NCBI GenBank assembly: GCA_029934055.1
Contig: JAOZMZ010000003.1
Span: 8,692-72,691 of the forward strand
Length of the DNA: 64,000 nucleotides
Source of the DNA: Kiritimatiellia bacterium
GTDB lineage: Bacteria > Verrucomicrobiota > Kiritimatiellia > B70-G9
Direction: 5' to 3'
The notes beneath the pieces were generated by a model that did no database searches, was not told where the DNA came from, and saw only the letters and a program-made list of their open reading frames with translations. The position numbers were made by a program, and so were the translations under genes. Numbering within the stretch: position 1 is the stretch's first letter; each line of letters starts with the position of its first letter. Shown here piece by piece: positions 45,566 to 54,020 of the stretch.

Positions 45566-47316
45566 AGGAGCCTCGGGACAGTTTCGAAAAGACGATCGCG
45601 GACATGTCGGTCCTGTACGAACTGGCGCTGGCGGTGGGCCGATCCTCCGATCTGCGACGCAACTGTGACATTTTTCTGAAGACTCTGATGGCGCGCAAGA
45701 ACCTGGGGTATGCGGCGGTCTGGTTGAATTCTGAATTATTGAGTCCGCGGAAGGATTCTGGGCAGCCGCATGCGGTCATGGTATACGCCGAACCCGAGTT
45801 CTACGTTCAGCAGCGCGAGTTGCCCCTTTCTCATCCCATATTCCGGCTTCTGCGCAAGGAGACGGCAGTGACGGTGGCTGCAGGCGATCCCCTTTTCACC
45901 GAAGTGACGACCGAGAAAAACATCCGTGGCGGCGTTTGGGCGTTGCTGAGCCTGAATCATCTGGGGGTGTTGAAGCTGCTTTCCTATACGCGCAAGGAGC
46001 CTTTCAGCGAGGAGGACCTGAACTATCTGCGGAATGTAATCGGTAAGTTCGCCGATTCCATTCATGCCTGTCTGGATCATCAACGTCTTCAGGAAGAAGT
46101 CGCCCGCCGTCGCGAGGCCGAGGAGGCATTGCGAAAGAGCCAGGAGCAGCTTGTCGAGGCTCAGAAGATGGAGGCGCTCGGGCGTCTCGCCGGGGGCATC
46201 GCCCATGATTTCAACAACCTCTTGACCACGATATTGGGATATGGACGTCTGGCCATGGGGCATCTTTACGACAAGGATCCGGTCCGGGATGATCTTGCCG
46301 AAGTGATTCATGCCGGGGAGCGCGCGGTGGAATTGACATCGCAGCTTCTGACGTTGGGGCGGCGGAGGGCCAGTCATCCACGACCGGTGAATCCCAACAG
46401 TATCATTGCGGACACGGATCGCCTCTTGAGGCGCACATTGGGCGAGGACATCGAGATCGCCACGGTGCTGGGAGAGAATCTCGGGGGCATTATTATTGAT
46501 CCGGCGCAATTGCAACAGGTGATAATGAATCTGGCGATCAACGCCCGGGATGCAATGCCGGACGGCGGCAAGTTGACGATCGAGACGTCTCTGGTGGAAT
46601 TGGATGAAACCTTTTGCAAGGGGCGCGCCGAGCTCAGCCCGGGCACGTACGTGAAGATCGTCGTGGCGGATACGGGCACGGGAATGACACCGGAAGTACG
46701 CCGGCATGTTTTCGAGCCATTCTTCACGACGAAGGAGACCGGCAGGGGGTCAGGACTCGGTCTTTCCACCGTCTACGGAATAGTCCATCAGGCGGGAGGG
46801 TGGATCGACATAGAGTCTGCCCCGGGTGAGGGGACGCGCGTGATCCTGTACTTTGCACGTCGGGAGGAATTGGCTGCGGAAGTCCTGCCCGACCGCCGGG
46901 CGGCGGAGACCCCCAGGGGGACGGAGACCATTCTCGTCGTTGAAGACGAGGAGTCGGTCAGGATGTTTACCGTCAAGGTGCTTCAGGAGCTCGGCTACAA
47001 CGTGTTGCAGGCGGGTAACGGGGGTGAGGCCCTCCTGCTTTTTGATACCTACCGCGGGCCGATCCATCTGGTGTTGACCGATGTAGTCATGCCCCTGATG
47101 AATGGAAAGGAACTAGTCCGCCGCCTGCGCCGCACGGGGCGCGAGTTCAAGGTGCTTTATGTTTCCGGGTTTTCCGACGAGGTATTTGCCGAGAAAGATT
47201 CTAGTGCCGAAGCTTCGTTGCTGCAGAAACCGTATACGGGCGATCGGCTCGGACGGGTGGTGCGCAGCGTGCTCGACGGTGAAGTGAGCGGGGTCCTGCC
47301 GGGCATCGTATCCTGA
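45562..47316 (+). CDS. Hybrid sensor histidine kinase (GAF-like, HisKA, HATPase_c, REC)
   Basis: H-box RLAGGIAHDFNNLLTTILG; N-box MNLAINARDAM; DTGTGM; GSGLGLSTVYG. Receiver ILVVEDEESVRM...HLVLTDVVMPLMNGKEL...KVLYVSGF. Confidence 0.85.
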   Translation: MKEPRDSFEKTIADMSVLYELALAVGRSSDLRRNCDIFLKTLMARKNLGYAAVWLNSELLSPRKDSGQPHAVMVYAEPEFYVQQRELPLSHPIFRLLRKETAVTVAAGDPLFTEVTTEKNIRGGVWALLSLNHLGVLKLLSYTRKEPFSEEDLNYLRNVIGKFADSIHACLDHQRLQEEVARRREAEEALRKSQEQLVEAQKMEALGRLAGGIAHDFNNLLTTILGYGRLAMGHLYDKDPVRDDLAEVIHAGERAVELTSQLLTLGRRRASHPRPVNPNSIIADTDRLLRRTLGEDIEIATVLGENLGGIIIDPAQLQQVIMNLAINARDAMPDGGKLTIETSLVELDETFCKGRAELSPGTYVKIVVADTGTGMTPEVRRHVFEPFFTTKETGRGSGLGLSTVYGIVHQAGGWIDIESAPGEGTRVILYFARREELAAEVLPDRRAAETPRGTETILVVEDEESVRMFTVKVLQELGYNVLQAGNGGEALLLFDTYRGPIHLVLTDVVMPLMNGKELVRRLRRTGREFKVLYVSGFSDEVFAEKDSSAEASLLQKPYTGDRLGRVVRSVLDGEVSGVLPGIVS

Positions 47317-47363
47317 GCGGAGCGGCTTGTCGCCTGCGCCCGGCGGGGGTATCCTTGGGAACC

Positions 47364-48773
47364 ATGCGACGCAGGGATACTTTCGATGTGCTTACCAGTG
47401 CGGCGGCGGCGGCGGCGGACGCCTTGGCGGTTTTTGCCGGATTCATGCTGGCGGTGTGGACCCGTTTCGACAGCGGGTGGATACCGATGGTGCATGAGGG
47501 CAGTCCACCGCGTTCCCTCTACATTTACGGTGCTGCCTTGGCGACATTGCTATTTCTTTTCATTTTCCGGTCGCTGGGTCTGTATGTGCGGCCGCAAACG
47601 GGCACGTTCGCCGAGAAGATCCCCCGGCTGGTGCGGGCCGTGGCTTTGGGTATCCTTTTGGCGACCGCCCTGGCTTTCGCCATCCGCACCGAGCCGCCCT
47701 ATTCGCGTTTGACGGTGCTGTTGTCGTTTTTCACCGTGAGTCTGCTGGTTCTGATCGAGCGCGGGATCCTTTTCCATATCGAACTCCGCCTTGCACGCAG
47801 GCGCCAGGCCGACAGCCGCGTCATAATCGTCGGGACCGATGCCGTCGCTGCGCGTCTGAAATTGGCCCTTGAGGAAGAACCGCGTCTGCGCTCCAAGGTG
47901 GTAGCGTTTCTTCAGGTGGGGGAAACGGAGAGAGACGAGATGGTCCCGGTGGAACTCGTCAAGGGAAGCCTTGCCGATATGGACCGGATTCTTGCAGAGG
48001 AGGGGGCCGATCAGCTGCTTTTGGCGGACACGTCCTTGAGACGTGACCAGATGGTGGACGTGATCCTGCACTGCGAAAAGCACATGGTGGATTTTTTCCT
48101 CGTGCCGGATATTTTCCGCGTACTCACAAGTGATGTCGAGATTCAGATGGTGGACGGAATTCCGTTGCTGGGGCTCAGCAAGTGGCCTTTGGATTTTTTC
48201 TGGAACCGTGTTCTCAAGCGTATCGAAGACATCATCGGGGCGTTGCTGGGTTTGATCGTGTCCGCGCCGGTGATTGGGATCGCTGCACTGTTCATACGGC
48301 GGCAGTCGCCGGGGCCGGTTTTCTACAGGCAGGAACGCTGTGGCGAAAAAGGCCGCGTTTTCACGTTATACAAGTTACGCACGATGTATCCCGATGCCGA
48401 AAAGGAGACCGGCCCGGTCTGGGCTTCTCCGGAGGATCCCCGCCGCACACCGATCGGGCGCTTTCTGCGGCGCTACAATCTTGATGAGCTGCCCCAGTTC
48501 TGGAATGTCCTCAGGGGAGACATGAGCCTTGTCGGCCCCCGCCCGGAGCGTCCTCATTTTGTGGAACGTTTCCGCGAGGATATCGGCCGGTACATGTGGC
48601 GTCACGCCTCCCGGCCCGGCATGACGGGCTGGGCCCAGGTAAATGGATTGCGCGGCCGTACCAGCATTCATGAGCGCATCAAGTATGATCTTTATTACCT
48701 TGAAAATTGGTCATTGGCCTTTGATTTCAAGATACTGATCATGACCTTTTTCGCCCATCGGAACGCCTACTAG
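47364..48773 (+). CDS. Undecaprenyl-phosphate sugar phosphotransferase (WbaP/EpsB-type priming glycosyltransferase, Bac_transf domain)
   Basis: Four N-terminal TM helices and a central Rossmann-like region. The C-terminus has KRIEDIIGALLGLIVSAPV..., PGPVFYRQERCG..GRVFTLYKLRTM, DELPQFWNVLRGDMSLVGPRPERP. Confidence 0.85.
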   Translation: MRRRDTFDVLTSAAAAAADALAVFAGFMLAVWTRFDSGWIPMVHEGSPPRSLYIYGAALATLLFLFIFRSLGLYVRPQTGTFAEKIPRLVRAVALGILLATALAFAIRTEPPYSRLTVLLSFFTVSLLVLIERGILFHIELRLARRRQADSRVIIVGTDAVAARLKLALEEEPRLRSKVVAFLQVGETERDEMVPVELVKGSLADMDRILAEEGADQLLLADTSLRRDQMVDVILHCEKHMVDFFLVPDIFRVLTSDVEIQMVDGIPLLGLSKWPLDFFWNRVLKRIEDIIGALLGLIVSAPVIGIAALFIRRQSPGPVFYRQERCGEKGRVFTLYKLRTMYPDAEKETGPVWASPEDPRRTPIGRFLRRYNLDELPQFWNVLRGDMSLVGPRPERPHFVERFREDIGRYMWRHASRPGMTGWAQVNGLRGRTSIHERIKYDLYYLENWSLAFDFKILIMTFFAHRNAY

Positions 48774-48878
48774 TACGGTTAGGCCCCCGGACAGGCGGGG
48801 GTTGGAATGGCCGCGAGCGGATGATATGCTTCTCGGGCGAGAGTGGCGGGTGTTAGATATGTCACGGAGGACACGAAC

Positions 48879-49307
48879 ATGATCCCCGATCTGCAATCGA
48901 GCATTTTGTGCGACGACGTCAGGCAGGAAAGGAACGGGAAATTCATTCTCATCGGTTTGTTCGACGCCATTGCTGCACGAAGCCTGCCGATCCGTTACCC
49001 GCGTCTGTTCATGGTTACGCGGTGGTGCAGCGGCGAGGGTGAATTCCGGCAGCGGACCCGTATCCTGGGCCCCGACCAGAAGAATCCTGTCGCCGAAGGA
49101 AAGGACATTCCGGTCAGGTTGCCTTCTCCGGAATCCACGGCGACCAACGTGGAAGTGTTCATGAACGTATCGTTCGACAAGGCGGGTACCTACTGGATAG
49201 AGATTCTGCTGGATGGAGATCTGAAGCTGCGGTATCCGTTGCGTGTTTCCAAGGTTTCCACCCCGCCGGTTCCTCCCGACGACGGGGCGCGGAGCGGCGG
49301 CGAGTGA
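48879..49307 (+). CDS. Hypothetical small protein (beta-rich, no signal peptide)
   Basis: ATG 48879 after GGAGG gives MIPDLQSSILCDDVRQERNGKFILIGLFD.... I could not make a confident family assignment. Confidence 0.5.
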   Translation: MIPDLQSSILCDDVRQERNGKFILIGLFDAIAARSLPIRYPRLFMVTRWCSGEGEFRQRTRILGPDQKNPVAEGKDIPVRLPSPESTATNVEVFMNVSFDKAGTYWIEILLDGDLKLRYPLRVSKVSTPPVPPDDGARSGGE

Positions 49308-49341
49308 AGAGGGGCGAGGATCCCGAAATTCGGCCGGTGTG

Positions 49342-51135
49342 ATGGAAGGTTCCCCGGTGGGAGAGAAGCGCAAAAAGTTGATCGCCGGATTGATTCTTTC
49401 GGTGGTGCTGACGCTGGCTTACCTGCCGGTCCTGAATGCGGTGTTTCTGCTGGATGACAACGATGAACTGGCTCACGTCGGCAATATGCAGAGCATTTCC
49501 GCGGTGTGGGGCGCCGACTGCTACGGATTTTTCAGGCCGGCGAAGAATCTCCTGTACTATTTCGTAACCCGTGCGGCCGGGAGGAATCGAACAGCGGCTC
49601 GCGTGATATCCTTGGGTCTCCTGCTGTTGGCCGCCAACATGATTTCGTATTACCTGCGGCGGTTGGGGTTGGATTTCCGGACGGCCTACGCCAGTACGGC
49701 ATTGTGGGCATTGGCGCCTACGTTGGTCAGTTCGGTGGCATGGTTCAGTTGTGCCAACATTCTGCTGATGACCGGAATGGGAGTGGGTGCGTTGCTGAGC
49801 TGGGAGAATTTCTCATACAGTACCGGTGGGCGCGCGGCTGCCTGGTTGGCAGTTGCAGGAATATTGTATGTGGCGGCGATGACGGCCTACGAGGCGGCGA
49901 TCGTTGTGCCCGCATTGATCATCATTCGTGAATTCTTGATCGTCCGTCGCACCGGACGCGTCCCGCGGAGGGCCCTGGCCCTGGCCCTACTGCTGGCACT
50001 GGGCCTGGGCTATTTCGTGCTGCTTCGGTGGCACGTATCCTCGACGGTGGTCGGAATTCTGTCTATTGCGCCCGCACCACCGGCGATGATGTCGTTTTCG
50101 GCGGCCTTACTGATGATATATCACTTGGGGCTTTGGCTGTGGCCCTTCGGCCGACTGACCATTCTGAGCACGTTTGATCCGCAGGCGCCGGGGATGATGC
50201 CGGCGGCAGCGGCAGCCTGGATTCTCGTGACGGCGATTTTCGTCATGCTATGGCGATTGCGCAGGCGGATACCGTTTGTTGTTTTTGGAATACTGTTCTT
50301 TTTCATCGCCATTCTCCCACTCAGCAATCTGGTACCACTCTACAACGGACCCATGGCCGATTATTACCTCAGCTTCGCCAGCATTGGTTTGGCGGTAGCG
50401 GTCGGCTGGATGCTGATGACAGGGTTCCGGCGTCTGCGTGAGAGAGGGGTCAAAGCGGAACGGTGGTGGTCTCTAGTGGTTGTGATTCTGATCGCGTGGC
50501 GGGCCGCCGCAGCGTTGTATGTGCCGCTATGGGCGGCGGCCTGGTCGTCGGAGAGGCGCCTTTTGCAGGCGGCGGTCGTCAATGCTCCCTGGAACAACGC
50601 CGCGCGGGCGGAGCTGGCGCGTGTAATCGTCGGGGAGAAAGGCCAATTGAGCACGGCCTTGCACCTGGCGCAGCAGTCCGTTGAGGGAGCGCCGTGGTGT
50701 CCGCGGGGCTACTATTCGCTGGCGGATGTTTTCAGCCGCATGGGGCGCTACGCTGAGGCCCGCCGTGTATTGGATCGTCTGATACAGAAGTATCCGGACC
50801 TGACCACGGCGTACGTTCTTGAAGGGGCCCTTTACGATCGCAGCGGGCAGACGGCTTCGGCGGAACGTTGCTACCGCAAGGCGCTTGACTTGCGGTGGCA
50901 TCCCCAGTACTCACCCATTGCGGCGATCAACCTGGGCGGACTGCTCTACCAGCAGGGAAAGACAAATGAGGCTCTCGAGGTATGGCGCAGTGCAGCCGCG
51001 CGTGATCCGTACAGCCTTGAGTTACAGGCCAACCTCGCCTTTCTCTACACTCAGCTTGGAGAGACCGAGCTGGCCGCCCGCCATCTGGACCGCGCGCGCC
51101 GTCTGGGATACTCCGGCGATGCCTTCCGGCGGTGA
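49342..51135 (+). CDS. Polytopic membrane protein with C-terminal TPR repeats (TMTC/PMT-like glycosyltransferase-C-fold candidate)
   Basis: ATG 49342 gives MEGSPVGEKRKKLIAGLILSVVLTLAYLPVLNAVFLLDDNDEL, followed by about 10 TM helices and TPR-like repeats (...YYSLADVFSRMGRYAEARRVLDRLIQKYPD..., ...EGALYDRSGQTASAERCYRKAL...). Confidence 0.65.
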   Translation: MEGSPVGEKRKKLIAGLILSVVLTLAYLPVLNAVFLLDDNDELAHVGNMQSISAVWGADCYGFFRPAKNLLYYFVTRAAGRNRTAARVISLGLLLLAANMISYYLRRLGLDFRTAYASTALWALAPTLVSSVAWFSCANILLMTGMGVGALLSWENFSYSTGGRAAAWLAVAGILYVAAMTAYEAAIVVPALIIIREFLIVRRTGRVPRRALALALLLALGLGYFVLLRWHVSSTVVGILSIAPAPPAMMSFSAALLMIYHLGLWLWPFGRLTILSTFDPQAPGMMPAAAAAWILVTAIFVMLWRLRRRIPFVVFGILFFFIAILPLSNLVPLYNGPMADYYLSFASIGLAVAVGWMLMTGFRRLRERGVKAERWWSLVVVILIAWRAAAALYVPLWAAAWSSERRLLQAAVVNAPWNNAARAELARVIVGEKGQLSTALHLAQQSVEGAPWCPRGYYSLADVFSRMGRYAEARRVLDRLIQKYPDLTTAYVLEGALYDRSGQTASAERCYRKALDLRWHPQYSPIAAINLGGLLYQQGKTNEALEVWRSAAARDPYSLELQANLAFLYTQLGETELAARHLDRARRLGYSGDAFRR

Positions 51136-51217
51136 GCGGCAGAGTCCCGCGCGGCAGGGATCCGGCGTGGTGTGAATACGAACGGCGCCGCCGGTTGTTC
51201 CGCGGTGCGGCTGCGTT

Positions 51218-51673
51218 TCAGGTCTTGATCCGCCGCCGCCATTTGAGGCACCAGAATCCGGTCACGCGGCCGTGGGCGTCGAGAACGACGCGGATTTCGG
51301 GATTGCTGCCGGTTGCGGAAAACTTGCCGCGGAAACGGTAAATGGTCATACCCGGGGAATTGCGTAGGCGTACGGCCTCGACGAATTTCATGTCTTCGAA
51401 ATCGCCGAACAGGGCGCGGATTTGTTCCGCGGCGGCGCGTTGGGCGCGGGGGGACAGGGCGGTCTGCATGTCGGGGGTGAATTCCTCGTTCAAGGATTCG
51501 TATACGCCGTCGCGCCAGGCCATCATCAGCCGTCGGCCGATCCGTTCGGCATTCGCGAGCTGGTGCTGGTCTATCTTATCTGGGGGGATGACGATGACCG
51601 GTGAGCGGGTGCAGGAAGCACCGAACACCAAAATCACCAGCGCTGTCACCGGGAGTATGTGTACGGTTTTCAT
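51218..51673 (-). CDS. Hypothetical lipoprotein (DUF3887-like)
   Basis: ATG 51673 gives MKTVHILPVTALVILVFGASC (lipobox). The body ...FTPDMQTALSPRAQRAAAEQIRALFGDFEDMKFVEA... resembles DUF3887-type proteins (from memory, low certainty). Confidence 0.5.
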   Translation of the reverse strand: MKTVHILPVTALVILVFGASCTRSPVIVIPPDKIDQHQLANAERIGRRLMMAWRDGVYESLNEEFTPDMQTALSPRAQRAAAEQIRALFGDFEDMKFVEAVRLRNSPGMTIYRFRGKFSATGSNPEIRVVLDAHGRVTGFWCLKWRRRIKT

Positions 51674-51782
51674 GATGCACACCTTGCGGCATACCCGGCC
51701 GCCGGCGTACCGCGCCGCCATTCGAATTTACGCGGCAGGCCATGCGAATACAAGGCCGGAATATGATTCGGGATGGAGATCC

Positions 51783-54020
51783 TCAGCCCTTGACGGCGCC
51801 CTCGGTCATGCCCTGGACGAAAAGTTTCATGGAGAAGATGAAAAGGATGATGATCGGCACGCTGGCGATCGCATACCCGGCCATGAGCGGGCCCCAGAAT
51901 TTGATGTATTCGCCGGCCATCCGCAGGAGCTGCACCATCACGGGAAGGCGCGCGTGGTCCCGCATGACGATCAGGGGCAGGACGAAGTCGTTCCACTGGC
52001 CGATGAAGTGCATCACTCCGACGGTTCCCAGAATCGGGCCGGAAAGCGGCAGGACGACGTTACGCAGCTGCTGGAAGTGGTTGGCGCCGTCTATTTCAGC
52101 GGCTTCATACAGATCGCGGGGTATGTCGGCGACGAAATTGCGCAAGACGAAGATTGCGAAGATCTGGCCGCCGGATGCGCCGACGAGGATCAGGGCGGTC
52201 AAGGTGTTAAGAAGATTCATGTCGCGCAGAAGGCGGAAGAGAGGAACGAGATTGGCGATGGCCGGCATCATCATGAGCACCAGGATGGCGTTCCACAGGA
52301 ATCCGGACAAAGGCATTCGGACGCGGGCGAAGAAGTAGGCGCCGCCCAGGGCGAAAAGAAGCGTCAGAACGGTCGAGGAAGTCGAAATGAAGATACTGTT
52401 GGCCACTGTCGGCGTAACGAGGTCCCAGGCAACCTTCCAGTTTTCCCAGTGGACCGGATGGGTGAGAAGGGCGGGGGCCTCGTAAAACTGCGGATTACTT
52501 TTGAGGCTGACGATCACCATCAGGTAGAGGGGCAGAAAAGCGAATGCCAACACGGCCCAGATGAAGGCATGCTTGGAGAAACGCAAGAGGAGCTGGCCGA
52601 GTGTACGTGCCAGACGATAGGCGGCGCTCGATTCCCTTTCGAGCACTCTCCGGGAACGCTCCGCCAGGGTCTGCGTGAAGCGGCGATAGCGGCGCTCCTG
52701 GAAGGTGAGATATAGCGTAGCAACGGGCGCGGTGAGCAGTTGCCACGGAACCCCGAAAAATATCAGCAGGAGTTGCAGGAACCCCTCCATGCGCATGGCA
52801 ACCGTGAAAAGAGCGGCCACGACCCCATGGCCCTGTGCCAGCATTTCGAGGTCTATTTTTCCGCCGGCCCAAAGAGCGCCCAGAGCCAGCAGCGGCAGGC
52901 GCGTGAGCCAGTCACGAAGAGCGAGGCGGCGGAAGAGGTACCTGTATGGAAGGCCGACGATAAAAAGGGCGGCGGCGACAAAGGTCAGACGTTCCGCGAG
53001 AGTCAGCAGCCCGGCAAGAGTCAGGAGCACTATGCGCACGTTGCGTTTGGTGCGCAGGGTCAGCGAGTTCCATTGCAGGCCGACATTGCTGAGTTTCTGC
53101 AGCAACATCACGACCATTGTCAGTACGATTCCGACGGCGCAGGCATACCCCATGCGCTGGTCCATAAACGCCTTTCGCAGCATGAAGAGGGCCGGGACGG
53201 TTACGACACCACCCGGCCCGCCCTCGAATCCCGCCAGGGCCAGAACGGTTCCGGCGTCCTTGATCGTGCCGATGATAGTGAAGACCAGATTGATGTAGAT
53301 CGAGCCCGTGATCAGGGGCAGTTCCACGCGGGTGAACTTGGTCCACCAGTTGACCCCGTCTATTTCGGCCGCTTCGTAAATATCCTTCGGGATCGCCTGG
53401 AGTTTCGCCAGATGCGTCAGTACCGCGAAGGAACCGACCCATGGGAAGCCCCAGATGATACATGCGGTCAAAATCAGCTTCGGGTGCCCGAGCCAGGCGG
53501 GAGACCTGTCGGGAGAGAATAGATCACCCAGTCCAAGGACATGGCGTCCGAGATAATCGAGGACATGAATCAGGCCGGATGATTTAAGGAAGAGGTTCAG
53601 GTAGCCGGAGGTCGCCTCGAAGAAAAACGAGCGCCAAATAAGGACGATGACCAGATAGGGAATCACCATGGGGATGACAAACATGATGCGGTAGAAGAAT
53701 CTCATGCGCGGACTGCGGCAGCGGTGGATGGCTACCGCGACCGCCAAGGCCGGAATCATTTTGACGACGTTCCAGATGCCGATGATGAAGGCCACGCGGA
53801 AGGAATTCCAAAAGGCACTGTTCTTTACCAGATCGATATAATTGCCAAAACCGACCGGTTCGGAGATGTCGGCCCCGTTCCAGCGGAAAAAGCTGTGAAA
53901 GATACCGCTGGCAGCCGGATAGTATTGGAAGATGCTTACCAGGAGCACCGTAGGAAGGATGAAGAGGTAGATCTCCCAGTTGTTGCGGATCAGTTTCCAG
54001 GCCGTGCCGCGCATGTTCAT
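51783..54020 (-). CDS. Fused double ABC-transporter permease (MalF-like + MalG-like BPD_transp_1 domains in one 745-aa chain)
   Basis: Two EAA loops: YEAAEIDGVNWWTKFTRVELPL (N-terminal half) and YEAAEIDGANHFQQLRNVVLPL (C-terminal half). They are joined by about 150 aa with extra TM helices. The start overlaps the SBP stop (ATGA). Confidence 0.8.
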   Translation of the reverse strand: MNMRGTAWKLIRNNWEIYLFILPTVLLVSIFQYYPAASGIFHSFFRWNGADISEPVGFGNYIDLVKNSAFWNSFRVAFIIGIWNVVKMIPALAVAVAIHRCRSPRMRFFYRIMFVIPMVIPYLVIVLIWRSFFFEATSGYLNLFLKSSGLIHVLDYLGRHVLGLGDLFSPDRSPAWLGHPKLILTACIIWGFPWVGSFAVLTHLAKLQAIPKDIYEAAEIDGVNWWTKFTRVELPLITGSIYINLVFTIIGTIKDAGTVLALAGFEGGPGGVVTVPALFMLRKAFMDQRMGYACAVGIVLTMVVMLLQKLSNVGLQWNSLTLRTKRNVRIVLLTLAGLLTLAERLTFVAAALFIVGLPYRYLFRRLALRDWLTRLPLLALGALWAGGKIDLEMLAQGHGVVAALFTVAMRMEGFLQLLLIFFGVPWQLLTAPVATLYLTFQERRYRRFTQTLAERSRRVLERESSAAYRLARTLGQLLLRFSKHAFIWAVLAFAFLPLYLMVIVSLKSNPQFYEAPALLTHPVHWENWKVAWDLVTPTVANSIFISTSSTVLTLLFALGGAYFFARVRMPLSGFLWNAILVLMMMPAIANLVPLFRLLRDMNLLNTLTALILVGASGGQIFAIFVLRNFVADIPRDLYEAAEIDGANHFQQLRNVVLPLSGPILGTVGVMHFIGQWNDFVLPLIVMRDHARLPVMVQLLRMAGEYIKFWGPLMAGYAIASVPIIILFIFSMKLFVQGMTEGAVKG

